Shown one piece after another: positions 1 to 9,681 of a DNA stretch of 64,000 bases. The DNA comes from Pyrodictiaceae archaeon (lineage in GTDB: Archaea; Thermoproteota; Thermoprotei_A; Sulfolobales; Pyrodictiaceae), in assembly GCA_027036135.1 (NCBI GenBank), contig JALVSY010000007.1, forward strand, positions 228,880-292,879. Reading direction: 5' to 3'. The notes under the pieces are model-generated. The model was given only the letters and a program-made list of their open reading frames with translations. It did no database searches and had not been told where the DNA came from. Both the position numbers and the translations under genes were made by a program. The stretch's first letter is position 1; each line of letters begins with the position of its first letter.

Positions 1-2
1 GG

Positions 3-686
3 CTGCGTGGAAGTGCTCTACGCGAGCGAATAGAGGAAATGCTAGGATTCGTTGAGCTAGAGGAGTACCGTGACAGGCTCGTAAGGACGTTCTCTGGGGG
101 CATGAGGAGGAGGCTTGAGCTGGCCCGCGCACTTCTCCACGAGCCCCGCGTACTCTTCCTCGATGAGCCCACGCTGGGCCTCGACCCGCATGCTAGGACT
201 AGGCTCTGGGAATACATCACTAGGCTTAGGGCCGAGAAGGGGGTTACTATTTTCCTTACCACTCACTACATGGAGGAGGCGGAGCAACTCTGTGATAGGA
301 TAGCGATAATAGACAAGGGGCGAATCGTAGCCACGGGGTCGCCGGATGAGCTAAAATCTATGCTGGGGGACGAGGTCGTATACATGCGCGTAAGCGACCC
401 TGGGAAGGCCTGTAAGGCTCTGGAGAGGCTCGAGTCGGTGAAGGAGTGCAAGGTGCTCCAGGGAGGCCGGGTCTCTATCCACGTGCCTAGCGCTGCTCAG
501 ACTATACCGGAGCTACTAGAAGCTGCTAAGAATAGCGGTGTTAGGGTAGTAGAGGTGAGTTATCGGAGACCAACCCTCAACGATGTCTTCATACACCTTA
601 CTGGCAGGGGTATAGAGGAGGAGTCCGTGGACGAGACTGAGCGTATCCGGATCTATGCTCGTAGCTATTTTAGGAGAAAAGGGTGA
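3..686 (+). CDS. ABC exporter ATP-binding subunit (DrrA-like), 5'-truncated by window
   Basis: Signature FSGGMRRR, Walker B VLFLDEPT, H-loop TTHY; the frame is open back to the window edge and Walker A lies outside it. Confidence 0.92.
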   Translation: MRGSALRERIEEMLGFVELEEYRDRLVRTFSGGMRRRLELARALLHEPRVLFLDEPTLGLDPHARTRLWEYITRLRAEKGVTIFLTTHYMEEAEQLCDRIAIIDKGRIVATGSPDELKSMLGDEVVYMRVSDPGKACKALERLESVKECKVLQGGRVSIHVPSAAQTIPELLEAAKNSGVRVVEVSYRRPTLNDVFIHLTGRGIEEESVDETERIRIYARSYFRRKG

Positions 687-1465
687 CGCCAATGGGTTGG
701 CTTGACGCGGTCTACGTGATGGCTTATAGGCAGCTCAAGCACTTCGTAAGGTCTCCTTCAAGGATAATAGCTAGTATAGTTAACCCGTTGATCTGGATAC
801 TCTTCTTCGGCATGGGCTGGGCCAGTACCTTTCGCTTCCCTGGAGCCAAGGCCTTGTTTGGCGGTGTTGATTATCTCTCCTTTCTCATTCCAGGCATAAT
901 AGCTATGTCGGTCTTCACGGGGAGCTTTCTGAGCGGAATATCGATTCTCTTCGATAAGCAGTTCGGCTTCCTCAAAGAGATACTTGTTGCCCCTGTTCCA
1001 CGAGTAGCTGCAATGACTGGACGGATACTCGGCGACTCACTTACCGCGACAATTGAGGCCGGGATAATAGCTGTGATAGGCCTACCCCTAATAACACGTG
1101 TGAGCTTCCTAGGTATTCTCTACGCGTTGCTCTACAGCTATTTGGCTGCGATAGGTTTCTCGGCCCTAGGCATAGCTATTGCCTCACGGATGAGGAGCTA
1201 CGAGGGCTTTCAGCTAATAATGAGCTTCCTCATAATGCCCCTCATATTCCTTAGTGGCGCTTTTTACCCTATACGCTATATGCCGTGGTGGCTTAAGCTC
1301 CTAGCCTATATGGATCCCTTGACTTATAGCGTCGACGCTACTAGGTATTGGCTTGTCGGTGTCGCGCAGATAAATCCGTGGATAGACCTGGGGGCGCTGC
1401 TGCTCCTCGATGCTGGCTTGGTGATTGTCGCTGGCTACTTGTTTGGCAAGATGAGCCTTGAGTAA
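683..1465 (+). CDS. ABC-2 type transporter permease
   Basis: Six hydrophobic segments, DKQFGFLKEILVAP and FLSGAFYP motifs; overlaps the ATPase stop (GTGA). Confidence 0.92.
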   Translation: MTPMGWLDAVYVMAYRQLKHFVRSPSRIIASIVNPLIWILFFGMGWASTFRFPGAKALFGGVDYLSFLIPGIIAMSVFTGSFLSGISILFDKQFGFLKEILVAPVPRVAAMTGRILGDSLTATIEAGIIAVIGLPLITRVSFLGILYALLYSYLAAIGFSALGIAIASRMRSYEGFQLIMSFLIMPLIFLSGAFYPIRYMPWWLKLLAYMDPLTYSVDATRYWLVGVAQINPWIDLGALLLLDAGLVIVAGYLFGKMSLE

Positions 1466-1517
1466 CATACATACTTATCGGTACTAGTTACGTTTAAGAA
1501 CCTACTCCAAAGTCTCC

Positions 1518-1874
1518 TTGTTAACGGGGGTGAACAAGGAGAATATGCAAGCACTTGACTATGGATTACTCGGCGTATTAGCTATACTGATAGCTGGGCA
1601 CATAGGGATACTGTTCAACGCCGACCTAAACCGGTTCCTAGTAGTAGAGAACATAGTACTAGCAACGCTCTACATAATAGGCGCAATAGGCGTGGCAAAA
1701 GGGCTTCGCTTGAGCTACGCACTTGTAGCTATAGTAGCTCTCTTCAGCGCTGGCAGGGTCTCCCGCAGCATAGTCGGCTCAGAGGGTGAGATAGGCGAGC
1801 TAGCAGTACAACACATACCGCTCCTAGCGCTAGACCTGGCCGCCGGGCTACTAGCACTCGCAGCCATCTACTAG
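1518..1874 (+). CDS. small membrane protein (start may be ATG 1545)
   Basis: ORF with about four hydrophobic helices; GGAG upstream of ATG 1545. Confidence 0.7.
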   Translation: MLTGVNKENMQALDYGLLGVLAILIAGHIGILFNADLNRFLVVENIVLATLYIIGAIGVAKGLRLSYALVAIVALFSAGRVSRSIVGSEGEIGELAVQHIPLLALDLAAGLLALAAIY

Positions 1875-1902
1875 GCCTACTCGGAGCCTGGACTGATGGG
1901 CT

Positions 1903-2466
1903 ATGCGCTGCGACCCACTACTCAAGTTACTCTACCAGTTTTTGCCCCCGAAGGCATACTCCGGGCTAGTCAACAGGCTCCGAGATAAGCGCCTCGTAAT
2001 AGACGTTGGAGGCGGGGCAGGCAGCCTCGGCAAGGCAATTGTTGCGCAAGGAGTCCTCGTAGAGTACGTAGTCGTGGACCCAGACGAGTGCCTCCTAGAC
2101 CTAGCGCCCCGGGCCGCATGGAGTCATCTAGTGCAGGGGGTAGCAGAGCACCTACCCATCCGGGACGATGCACCAGGCATAGCCGTGATGCACGACGCGC
2201 TGCACCACACAACTGAGCCAGAGAAGGCTCTCCGAGAAGCAGCTCGCTCTACGCACTGCGTACTCGTCAGCGACATAGATCCGGGGAGCAAAACGGGCAG
2301 AATCGTAGCGTTCCTCGAGAAGCTGCTCCGCTACCCCGCCAAGTTCCTAGGCCCAGACAAGGTCTCCGCGATACTGGGCTCAGAGGGGCTGAGAACCACT
2401 ATAGAGAAGGGGCGGCACGGAGGCTACGTCGTGACGGGTTGTAGTGATACTGTGCCTCAGCCTTGA
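1903..2466 (+). CDS. class I SAM-dependent methyltransferase
   Basis: VIDVGGGAG motif I, VVVDPD motif II, AEHLP and DALHH motifs. Confidence 0.85.
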   Translation: MRCDPLLKLLYQFLPPKAYSGLVNRLRDKRLVIDVGGGAGSLGKAIVAQGVLVEYVVVDPDECLLDLAPRAAWSHLVQGVAEHLPIRDDAPGIAVMHDALHHTTEPEKALREAARSTHCVLVSDIDPGSKTGRIVAFLEKLLRYPAKFLGPDKVSAILGSEGLRTTIEKGRHGGYVVTGCSDTVPQP

Positions 2467-2539
2467 AACACTTCCTCACAGCCCCACTTATCGGGGCTCT
2501 TCAAGGGGTTCACGGCCCTCTTCATCGGTCCTCTTCTGC

Positions 2540-3226
2540 TCACCACGTATTGTCTCGTTTTCCCCAGAATACTTGTATGGTCATGGTGGCTGCGAAGTAG
2601 AGCAATAGTGCCGCGAGCCCCACGAGCAACCAGGCATAGATGGTCGCTATTTTGCTGAGCAGGCCGCCGAGGCCAGCAAGGATTGCTAGCCACACATAGT
2701 CTATCCATACATGGGCCGTGTACATGGCTGCGAACCCAGCTGCACCGTTACGAGCTGCTCCCCGTATGAGGGGGAGCCCTATGGTTATCCACCATGCTAG
2801 GAAGTATGGGTTACCCCCGGTGAACACTATCCCGGCCACAATTGCCCCGAGGAAGGAGGAGCCCAGTGGCAACGAGTCATTGACGGGGACGCTTCCCCGC
2901 TGAAATATGGTTATCGCCGACGCTATGAGCCCGGCTGCGAAGTAGATGGCCATCCCGAGTGTTATGAGGGCCAGGGGTTTCTCGTAGCGATGTAGCTTTG
3001 CCTCCAGTTTCTCCGCCCAATAAACGAGTGCAGCCACATATGGTAGCTCAAAGACCATGTGCCCGAGAGCTACTAATAAGCCACCCACGGCACCTAGGTA
3101 GAGCCCCGCGACTACTGCGGCTGCTGAGAGCATCCCTGGGCTAAGAGCGCCACTAGGCGTTATGACGAGAGTGTCGATGATGACTCGGCGCAGCGCTGCC
3201 TCCTCGGCAACAGCTCTGCTCAACAC
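2540..3226 (-). CDS. LysE family translocator
   Basis: SGALSPG, GH..E and NPYFLAWW motifs; hydrophobic. Confidence 0.85.
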   Translation of the reverse strand: MLSRAVAEEAALRRVIIDTLVITPSGALSPGMLSAAAVVAGLYLGAVGGLLVALGHMVFELPYVAALVYWAEKLEAKLHRYEKPLALITLGMAIYFAAGLIASAITIFQRGSVPVNDSLPLGSSFLGAIVAGIVFTGGNPYFLAWWITIGLPLIRGAARNGAAGFAAMYTAHVWIDYVWLAILAGLGGLLSKIATIYAWLLVGLAALLLYFAATMTIQVFWGKRDNTW

Positions 3227-3337
3227 GCCTACACCCAGGGATAGTACTATTACTAGAGCGTGAGTAGTCGGAGCTGTTTAGCTGATTTACCCTAGCCGGG
3301 GGATATTATGCTTAACCATGCCGAGTAGTGCTCTCTG

Positions 3338-4471
3338 CTAGTACTCAGCGAGTAGCGCGACTAGTGCCAGGAGGGCGGCGAAGTATGGAAGGAGGTATCG
3401 GTGTAGCTTGTTCACGCTTATCCCGCTGAGCCGGATCGCTATGAGGTTCGCGAGGGAGCCAGTGACGAGCCCTACTCCTCCCAGGTTTACCCCGTAGGCT
3501 AAGGGGCGCCACGCCTTGACGTGGCTTAGGAGGAGTATTGTTGCCGGCACGTTGCTCACGAGCTGGCTCAGCCCAGCCGCCAAGAGGACAGTCGGCACTG
3601 TACCTAAGCTCGTGAACCTGGAGAAAACCGGGGCTAGGAGCTCCCCGAGGACACGGAAGTCTATGAACATGAGGGCGAAGCTGGCTAGTAGGAGATAGTC
3701 TAGGCTGAGCAGTATTCTCGGCCTAGTTAGTAGCGCAGCTGCCACTGCCACGACTAAGCCGAGGTAGGGGTGCCCGGTCTCAGCGAGCAAGATTATCGCC
3801 ACGAGACTTATGAGCGCGGGAACGAGGAGCCTGGGTTCTAGCTTGACCGAGGGTGGAGCCGGGTATCCTCTCGCGGCCCTGGTGCCTGCCAGGACTATGT
3901 AGGCTGAGAGCAACAATAGACCTGCAGCAACAAAGGGGGCCATGCCTGCGACGAAGGAGGTGAATCCTATGTGGTAGTGCCTCCATATTATTATGTTCTG
4001 TGGGTTCCCTATAGGTGTGAGACTTGAGCCTATATTAGCCGATATGGCTATAATTGCTACTAGTAGTGCTGTCTCAGCCCCCGTCATGCGTGACGCCACT
4101 ACCGCGACAGGGATGTACATGAACATCGCTGTATCGTTCATGACAACCGAGGCGCTGAGAGCGGATAGCAACGAGAGATACAATAATAGCCTCGCGGGCG
4201 AGCCCCTTGACGCCCCTACCGCTCTCGCCGCTAGGTAGGAGAACGCACCCGACTCCTCCAAAACGGCCGAGACAAGCATAACCGAGTAGATGAGCGAGAG
4301 AGCCTCCGCATCAACTAGGCTTCTGAGACGTAGCGCTTCTCCACGAGTTACGGCGATTAGTATGATGTATAGTGCGAGGAGTGCGGAGAACAGTGCATCG
4401 CCACGCAGAATGTTGATTATCTTGCGTAGCCGTTTACTCAATATACCGTCTAACCTCCTCCGTGAGCCCAT
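3338..4471 (-). CDS. SLC13/ArsB/NhaD-superfamily anion permease
   Basis: ANIGSSLTPIGNPQN, SQLVSNVPA and GSLAN motifs; multiple TM helices. Confidence 0.88.
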   Translation of the reverse strand: MGSRRRLDGILSKRLRKIINILRGDALFSALLALYIILIAVTRGEALRLRSLVDAEALSLIYSVMLVSAVLEESGAFSYLAARAVGASRGSPARLLLYLSLLSALSASVVMNDTAMFMYIPVAVVASRMTGAETALLVAIIAISANIGSSLTPIGNPQNIIIWRHYHIGFTSFVAGMAPFVAAGLLLLSAYIVLAGTRAARGYPAPPSVKLEPRLLVPALISLVAIILLAETGHPYLGLVVAVAAALLTRPRILLSLDYLLLASFALMFIDFRVLGELLAPVFSRFTSLGTVPTVLLAAGLSQLVSNVPATILLLSHVKAWRPLAYGVNLGGVGLVTGSLANLIAIRLSGISVNKLHRYLLPYFAALLALVALLAEY

Positions 4472-4928
4472 AGTCAGGAATCAGTTCCGCGCCATCACTA
4501 CTCACCTTGACGTGTGCTACGATGTAGTGTCTCCACGCAAGGGGTACTACCCAGGCTCTCTCAGGAGCACGGTACTCGGCTGCCTCTACGACCCATAGCT
4601 CTTCCAGGATCTGCCTAGCTAGCTCCCTTGCCCGGTTCTCCGCTGCTTCTCTGTCGCTGTAGCGATGAGAGCAGACAGGCCTGCCCTTGGGGGAGGGCAT
4701 GTCAGTCTCCAGGTCGTAGTGTATCCTATCAAGTGCGAACCCGTGGTAGAGCAGCACGATGTCTACGCATAAGTCGCCTGCTGGGCCTACGCGGGACAGA
4801 ATGGTTGTTGTTATGTAGCCTAGGGCCGCCTTGACCGTGTTCACAGCTTTCTCGGCATCCTCTAGCCTTATCGGGGGCTGAGCATGCGGAGCACCTCGCA
4901 CTGGTGGCGGCGGTAGTGGATGAGGCAA
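4434..4928 (-). CDS. conserved hypothetical protein with Pro-rich N-terminus
   Basis: Long ORF overlapping the downstream permease start; protein-like C-terminal ELIPDYGLTEEVRR. Confidence 0.65.
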   Translation of the reverse strand: MPHPLPPPPVRGAPHAQPPIRLEDAEKAVNTVKAALGYITTTILSRVGPAGDLCVDIVLLYHGFALDRIHYDLETDMPSPKGRPVCSHRYSDREAAENRARELARQILEELWVVEAAEYRAPERAWVVPLAWRHYIVAHVKVSSDGAELIPDYGLTEEVRRYIE

Positions 4929-4973
4929 GGCTGCTACCGGGAAGAAAAGGGCTTGACGTATAGGGAAAAACGC

Positions 4974-5495
4974 TTAGCGCTGGGTCATTAGCTTGTATCT
5001 CGCTGTGCAGTAGCCCTCTTTCTTCTCTATTACCTGTACTCGGCCCTTCTCACGCCTCACTACGAGCCCTAGCTCTATGCCCTCGAGGCGTGCTAGCTCC
5101 TCGAAGAGCTTGGGGAAGGGACATGCTGTCCCCGGTATCTCTGCTAGCCCTACTCCCTTGGGGCAGTAGCGGCACTTATCGCTCCGTATCCTCATTACTA
5201 CCTCGTCACCGCTTAGCTCTACGGAGGCCTCTGTGCTTATCTCTAAGGCCTTGTTGAGCGAGCTGAGTATCGCTCTTAGCTTCTCCTCCACGCTACCCTC
5301 GGGCTTCTCGTAGAGATCCATCACAGCCAAGTAGTCTCGTAGCCTGGGCGCAACGTACTTGGCGAAGAAGCTTATGCTTCCCTGGTTCAGCACGCCTGCT
5401 TCAGCAGCTGCTGCGAGAAAAAATGCAAAGAACGCTTGCGGGGGCTTTACTCCTCGTTCCTGGACTACTTCTCGTAGCTTATCCAGGGTGCTCAT
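4974..5495 (-). CDS. hypothetical Cys-motif protein, V4R-like small-ligand-binding domain
   Basis: Likely start ATG 5495 (MSTLDK); CRYCP...CP...C pattern. Confidence 0.6.
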   Translation of the reverse strand: MSTLDKLREVVQERGVKPPQAFFAFFLAAAAEAGVLNQGSISFFAKYVAPRLRDYLAVMDLYEKPEGSVEEKLRAILSSLNKALEISTEASVELSGDEVVMRIRSDKCRYCPKGVGLAEIPGTACPFPKLFEELARLEGIELGLVVRREKGRVQVIEKKEGYCTARYKLMTQR

Positions 5496-5581
5496 TACCT
5501 GCTCTCCGTCCCGGGAATAGAGAGCTACCAGGTTGTCTTTCTTGGCTCGCACCTGGCCGGCAGAGGAGAGAAAAGCAGAGC

Positions 5582-6574
5582 CTATTTGCAACTCATTCCT
5601 AGTACTTCCTCCGCGTTACCGTGGAAGAATCTGCGCAGGTCACGCTGACTATACCCAGCGAAGAGTAGAGCTCTGTAAACATCTTGTATGAAGCTAGCTG
5701 GATCGCGGTCAACAACGGGATAATCACTACCGTAGAGCAGCTTGTCGCGTGGAGCATCCCGGGCAATCATTTCAACTAGGACGGAATTCAGGGCCGAGAC
5801 ATCCGCGTAGACGTTTGGATATTTTCTCAGAAGCGCTAGGGCCTCGGCTGTGAAGACTCCGGGCGCTATAGCACTATAACCGCCCGTGTGCGCTATGATT
5901 ACTCGTGCCTCGCGGTGCCTGGCCAGCAAAGGCTCTAAGCGAGAGGGGTCACCGAAGCGACAGTAGCGCGGAAGCTCCCATATCCCGGGGTCGCAGCCTG
6001 CGTGAACCACTACGGGTGTATCGAGCTGCTCCGCTGCCTCAAGGACTGCATCAACCGCTGGGTCGCCGAGACTCTTCATGAACAGCGTTGATATTATCTT
6101 TATGCCGCGTGCCCCGCGCCTATAAGCCTCCTCGATCTCCTCAATTACCTCCTCGGGCTTCTTGTTTAGGTTTGGGGCGTGGAACACGCTGATACCTAGC
6201 CCTGCCTCAACTATACCAAGAATAGACTGGACAAGGGCCTCATCCTCCAAGAACCCGCATAAGGGACCATACTTCTCCACAAGCTCCAAGGTTATGTAGT
6301 AGAGGGACTCGGGGCGCAGAACATCCCATAGCTCGCTGGGAACATGGCGCCTAATGACTCCCTGCGTCCTCTTATACTCCTTCTCAACCTCGCCCAGGTC
6401 TATCCCAGCAACAATGCTCCTCACATCGGGTAGGCCCAATAGGACTACATGTGATACCCCTATCCCGGCCAAGCGCTCCAAGTAACGATGCGGGAGAGGA
6501 CCTAGCGGCAAATGAGCATGAGCATCTATGACGCACTCAACACTAGCTACTAGCTTCCCTAGCCCCTCTGACAC
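5582..6574 (-). CDS. amidohydrolase family protein (Amidohydro_2 type)
   Basis: IDAHAH, VVVHAG, IIAHTG, YADVS and LLYGSDYP motifs. Confidence 0.9.
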   Translation of the reverse strand: MSEGLGKLVASVECVIDAHAHLPLGPLPHRYLERLAGIGVSHVVLLGLPDVRSIVAGIDLGEVEKEYKRTQGVIRRHVPSELWDVLRPESLYYITLELVEKYGPLCGFLEDEALVQSILGIVEAGLGISVFHAPNLNKKPEEVIEEIEEAYRRGARGIKIISTLFMKSLGDPAVDAVLEAAEQLDTPVVVHAGCDPGIWELPRYCRFGDPSRLEPLLARHREARVIIAHTGGYSAIAPGVFTAEALALLRKYPNVYADVSALNSVLVEMIARDAPRDKLLYGSDYPVVDRDPASFIQDVYRALLFAGYSQRDLRRFFHGNAEEVLGMSCK

Positions 6575-6769
6575 TATATAGCACCACCTCTACGCTAAAC
6601 ATAGGAACACAGCAACTAATCCAGATGGTATTCTAGGACCCGTGAGAGCTACTCTAGAAAAGATAGTAAAGAGCGCGTTAGGCCCTTTATCGTTTTCCCT
6701 CGCCACAGACACCTAAACAAAATCAATATAAGAAGGTTGTGCGAAGCAGAGAACATCCTGGCTCATGGT

Positions 6770-7339
6770 TTATTCAAGGATCTTAGCAAGTGGCTTAACC
6801 ACTATGCCTTTTTCTCGGAGAGCCCTAGCCCCTGCCTCTATTGCCTCCTCAACGCTGAAGAGGAAGTCATACATGTCTTCCTCTATCATGCTGATGAACT
6901 TGCCGCGGAACTTCTGGGCAAGCCTCTTCATAGGCACGTTGGTCTCGTGGGTATAGGCGTGTATTTTCGTGAATCCCTTTTTCTGTGCCTCGGCGAACAA
7001 CATGTACATTATGAGTGTGCCTAGCCCTCTCCTCCTGTAATTATCGTGGACGACTATCGCTAGTTCCCCTTCGTCGCCCTTGATACGGTAGACCTCGCCA
7101 GACCCTATGACAAGGCTCTCCTTGCTAGCTATGACGGATACTGGTGTATGGTTCTTATCAAGTATCCTCTCAACCTCGGGCTCAAAGAACCTTAATGGGC
7201 GGAGGAAGCGGAGCATCACCGTCTCCTCCGATAAGCTGTTGAAGAACCTTAGTAGCCTCTCCTTATCCTCCTCCAGGGGCTCCTCGAGCTCAACTAGGCC
7301 TAGGCGCGGTACCTCTGCGAGAGCTATTGGTTTTCCCAG
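6770..7339 (-). CDS. GNAT protein-lysine acetyltransferase (Pat-like); start uncertain, probably non-canonical CTG at 7339
   Basis: ELAIVVHDNYRRRGLGT acetyl-CoA motif and N.PM..LA.K; the frame stays open upstream of GTG 7219 and encodes EDKERLLRFFNSLSEETVMLRF, typical of Pat N-termini. Confidence 0.8.
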   Translation of the reverse strand: MGKPIALAEVPRLGLVELEEPLEEDKERLLRFFNSLSEETVMLRFLRPLRFFEPEVERILDKNHTPVSVIASKESLVIGSGEVYRIKGDEGELAIVVHDNYRRRGLGTLIMYMLFAEAQKKGFTKIHAYTHETNVPMKRLAQKFRGKFISMIEEDMYDFLFSVEEAIEAGARALREKGIVVKPLAKILE

Positions 7340-7597
7340 TACTGGTCCCCGATTGAAGACTTAGGGTTACTCACTTTTCAATTCATTCCCTGAGAGACTC
7401 TCCGAAGCATTCCTGAAGATGAAGACCATTGCTCCTCGGCGACTTGTTATACCGGGCCGCAGGGAGACTCTCCTCTATTTAGTGGAGGCCCGAATAAATA
7501 CTCATATGGTTATCATTGGTTAGCGTAACGCTTAATTTCGTCACTGGCCTAGCCTTCTAGCCCCGAGTATCGACTCTCGTCTAGAGGTGTATACTAT

Positions 7598-9580
7598 ATG
7601 GCAGAGGAGTTCACAGCGCTGCCCTTTAACGAGAAGTATTGGCCGGATCACGGCAAGTACATGGAGTTCTACAAGAAGAGTATCGAGGACATAGAGGCGT
7701 TCTGGGACGAGAGAGCAAGGGAGCTGATATGGATTAAGCACTGGGACCAGGTACTAGATGCCTCTAATCCACCGTTCTTCCGCTGGTTCAAGGGAGGAGT
7801 CACCAACATTAACCTAAACGCTCTCGATAAGTGGATAGGGACTAGTGTCGAGCACAAGGTGGCCTATTACTGGGAGGGCGAGCCCGGGGACCGGAAAGCT
7901 ATAACCTACAAGGAGCTATACCGCGAGGTCAACAAGTTCGCATGGGTTCTCCGAGAGATAATAGGCCTCAAGCCAGACGATACAGTGACCATCTATCTAC
8001 CCATGATACCAGAGCTACCGGTCTCGATGCTAGCAGTGACAAGGATAGGTGGTATACACAGCGTAGTCTTCTCCGGGTTCAGCGCCCAGGCCCTCGCCGA
8101 GAGAATAGTTGACGCGAAAGCCAAGGTGCTGATAACCGCTGACGGGTTCTATCGGAGAGGAAAAGTCATAGAGCTCAAGAAGGCAGCCGACGAAGCGATA
8201 AAGATTGCTGAGGAGCGCGGAGTCAAGGTAGAGAAAGTAATAGTTGTAAAGCGAGCCGGTAACGAGGTCCACATGGTTAGTGGCCGTGACTACTGGTACC
8301 ACGAGCTAATCAAGGAGGCGCCGGAGAAGGCTTATGTGAAGCCAGTGCCCAGGAAGGCAGATGACGTCCTCTTCATACTATATACGAGCGGCACCACTGG
8401 GAAGCCTAAGGGCATCATGCACAGCACCGGCGGCTACATGACATATGTCTATAACGTGTTTCGCTGGAACTGGGACCCACAGCCCCACGACATATACTGG
8501 TGCGCCGCCGACATCGGCTGGATAACCGGCCATACCTACATCGTCTATGGACCATTGATGCATGGAGTAACCCAGGTAATGTACGAGGGCGCCCCAGACT
8601 ACCCAGCACCAGACCGCATATGGGAGATGATCGAAAGATACGGCGTCACGATACTCTATACCAGTCCAACACTGCTACGACTCCTACGCCGCTACGGCGA
8701 CAAATGGATAGAGAAGCATGATCTCTCAACACTGAGGCTCCTAGGCAGCGTAGGCGAGCCAATAAACCCTGATGTATGGAAATGGTACTTCGAGAAAATA
8801 GGTGGCAAGAAGGCACCAATCGTTGACACATGGTGGCAGACCGAGACCGGCGCCGCAATGATATCCCCAGCTCCAGGCCTAGCCCTGGTGCCGCTCAAGC
8901 CAGGCAGCGCTACCGTGCCGCTACCAGGTATTGATGCCGACGTGTTCACCCCAGAGGGTAAGCCAGCTGAGCCCGGGAAGAAGGGCCTCCTCGTAATAAA
9001 GAAGCCGTGGCCAGGCATGCTCATGGGCATATGGGGTGATCCGCAGAGGTACATCAACACCTACTGGGCCAGGTTCAGCAAGCCAGAGGAGAACATCTGG
9101 ATCTACTACCCAGCAGACTACGCGATAAAGGACCACGAGGGCTACTTCTGGCTACTAGGCCGCGCAGACGAGGTACTAAACGTCGCTGGTCACCGCCTAG
9201 GAACAATCGAGATAGAGGACGCAGTAGTAGCCCACCCAGCTGTAAGCGAGGCAGCAGTAGTAGGAGCACCCGATCCAGTCAAGGGAGAGGTACCAGTAGC
9301 ATTCGTCGTTCTCAAGGCAGGCTATGAGCCAAGCGAGCAACTAGAGAAAGAAATCAAGGACACTGTGAGGAAGATAGTAGGCCCGATAGCAGTCCCGGCA
9401 AAGATACTATTCGTATCAAAGCTCCCGAAAACCAGGAGCGGCAAGATAATGAGAAGAATACTCATAAGCCTCATCAAGGGAAGACCAATAGGCGACATCT
9501 CAACACTAGAAGACCCATCAGCCGTAGAAGAGGTAAAGAAGGCGGTAGAAGAGTTCAAGAAGCTCATGCAACAAGCCTAG
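7598..9580 (+). CDS. acs: AMP-forming acetyl-CoA synthetase
   Basis: YTSGTTGKPKG, DTWWQTETG, GRADEV and PKTRSGKIMRR motifs; GAGGTG SD. Confidence 0.97.
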   Translation: MAEEFTALPFNEKYWPDHGKYMEFYKKSIEDIEAFWDERARELIWIKHWDQVLDASNPPFFRWFKGGVTNINLNALDKWIGTSVEHKVAYYWEGEPGDRKAITYKELYREVNKFAWVLREIIGLKPDDTVTIYLPMIPELPVSMLAVTRIGGIHSVVFSGFSAQALAERIVDAKAKVLITADGFYRRGKVIELKKAADEAIKIAEERGVKVEKVIVVKRAGNEVHMVSGRDYWYHELIKEAPEKAYVKPVPRKADDVLFILYTSGTTGKPKGIMHSTGGYMTYVYNVFRWNWDPQPHDIYWCAADIGWITGHTYIVYGPLMHGVTQVMYEGAPDYPAPDRIWEMIERYGVTILYTSPTLLRLLRRYGDKWIEKHDLSTLRLLGSVGEPINPDVWKWYFEKIGGKKAPIVDTWWQTETGAAMISPAPGLALVPLKPGSATVPLPGIDADVFTPEGKPAEPGKKGLLVIKKPWPGMLMGIWGDPQRYINTYWARFSKPEENIWIYYPADYAIKDHEGYFWLLGRADEVLNVAGHRLGTIEIEDAVVAHPAVSEAAVVGAPDPVKGEVPVAFVVLKAGYEPSEQLEKEIKDTVRKIVGPIAVPAKILFVSKLPKTRSGKIMRRILISLIKGRPIGDISTLEDPSAVEEVKKAVEEFKKLMQQA

Positions 9581-9681
9581 CCCCATACCCCGGTTTTTAG
9601 CAACCCACGCCCCGACCCTACCCAGCCCTTATCCATGCACAGGTACGAGCTCCCAGGCTAGCTAGGAGTATGCATCCCTGA

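Noticed and set aside
7388-7478. Glycine-riboswitch-like words on the - strand (GGAGAG...CGCCGAGGAGCAA...TCTTCAGG / CTCTCAGG)
   Set aside because: P1 and P2 cannot be paired, the conserved GAAG is imperfect, and the downstream gene is a GNAT; probably coincidental.
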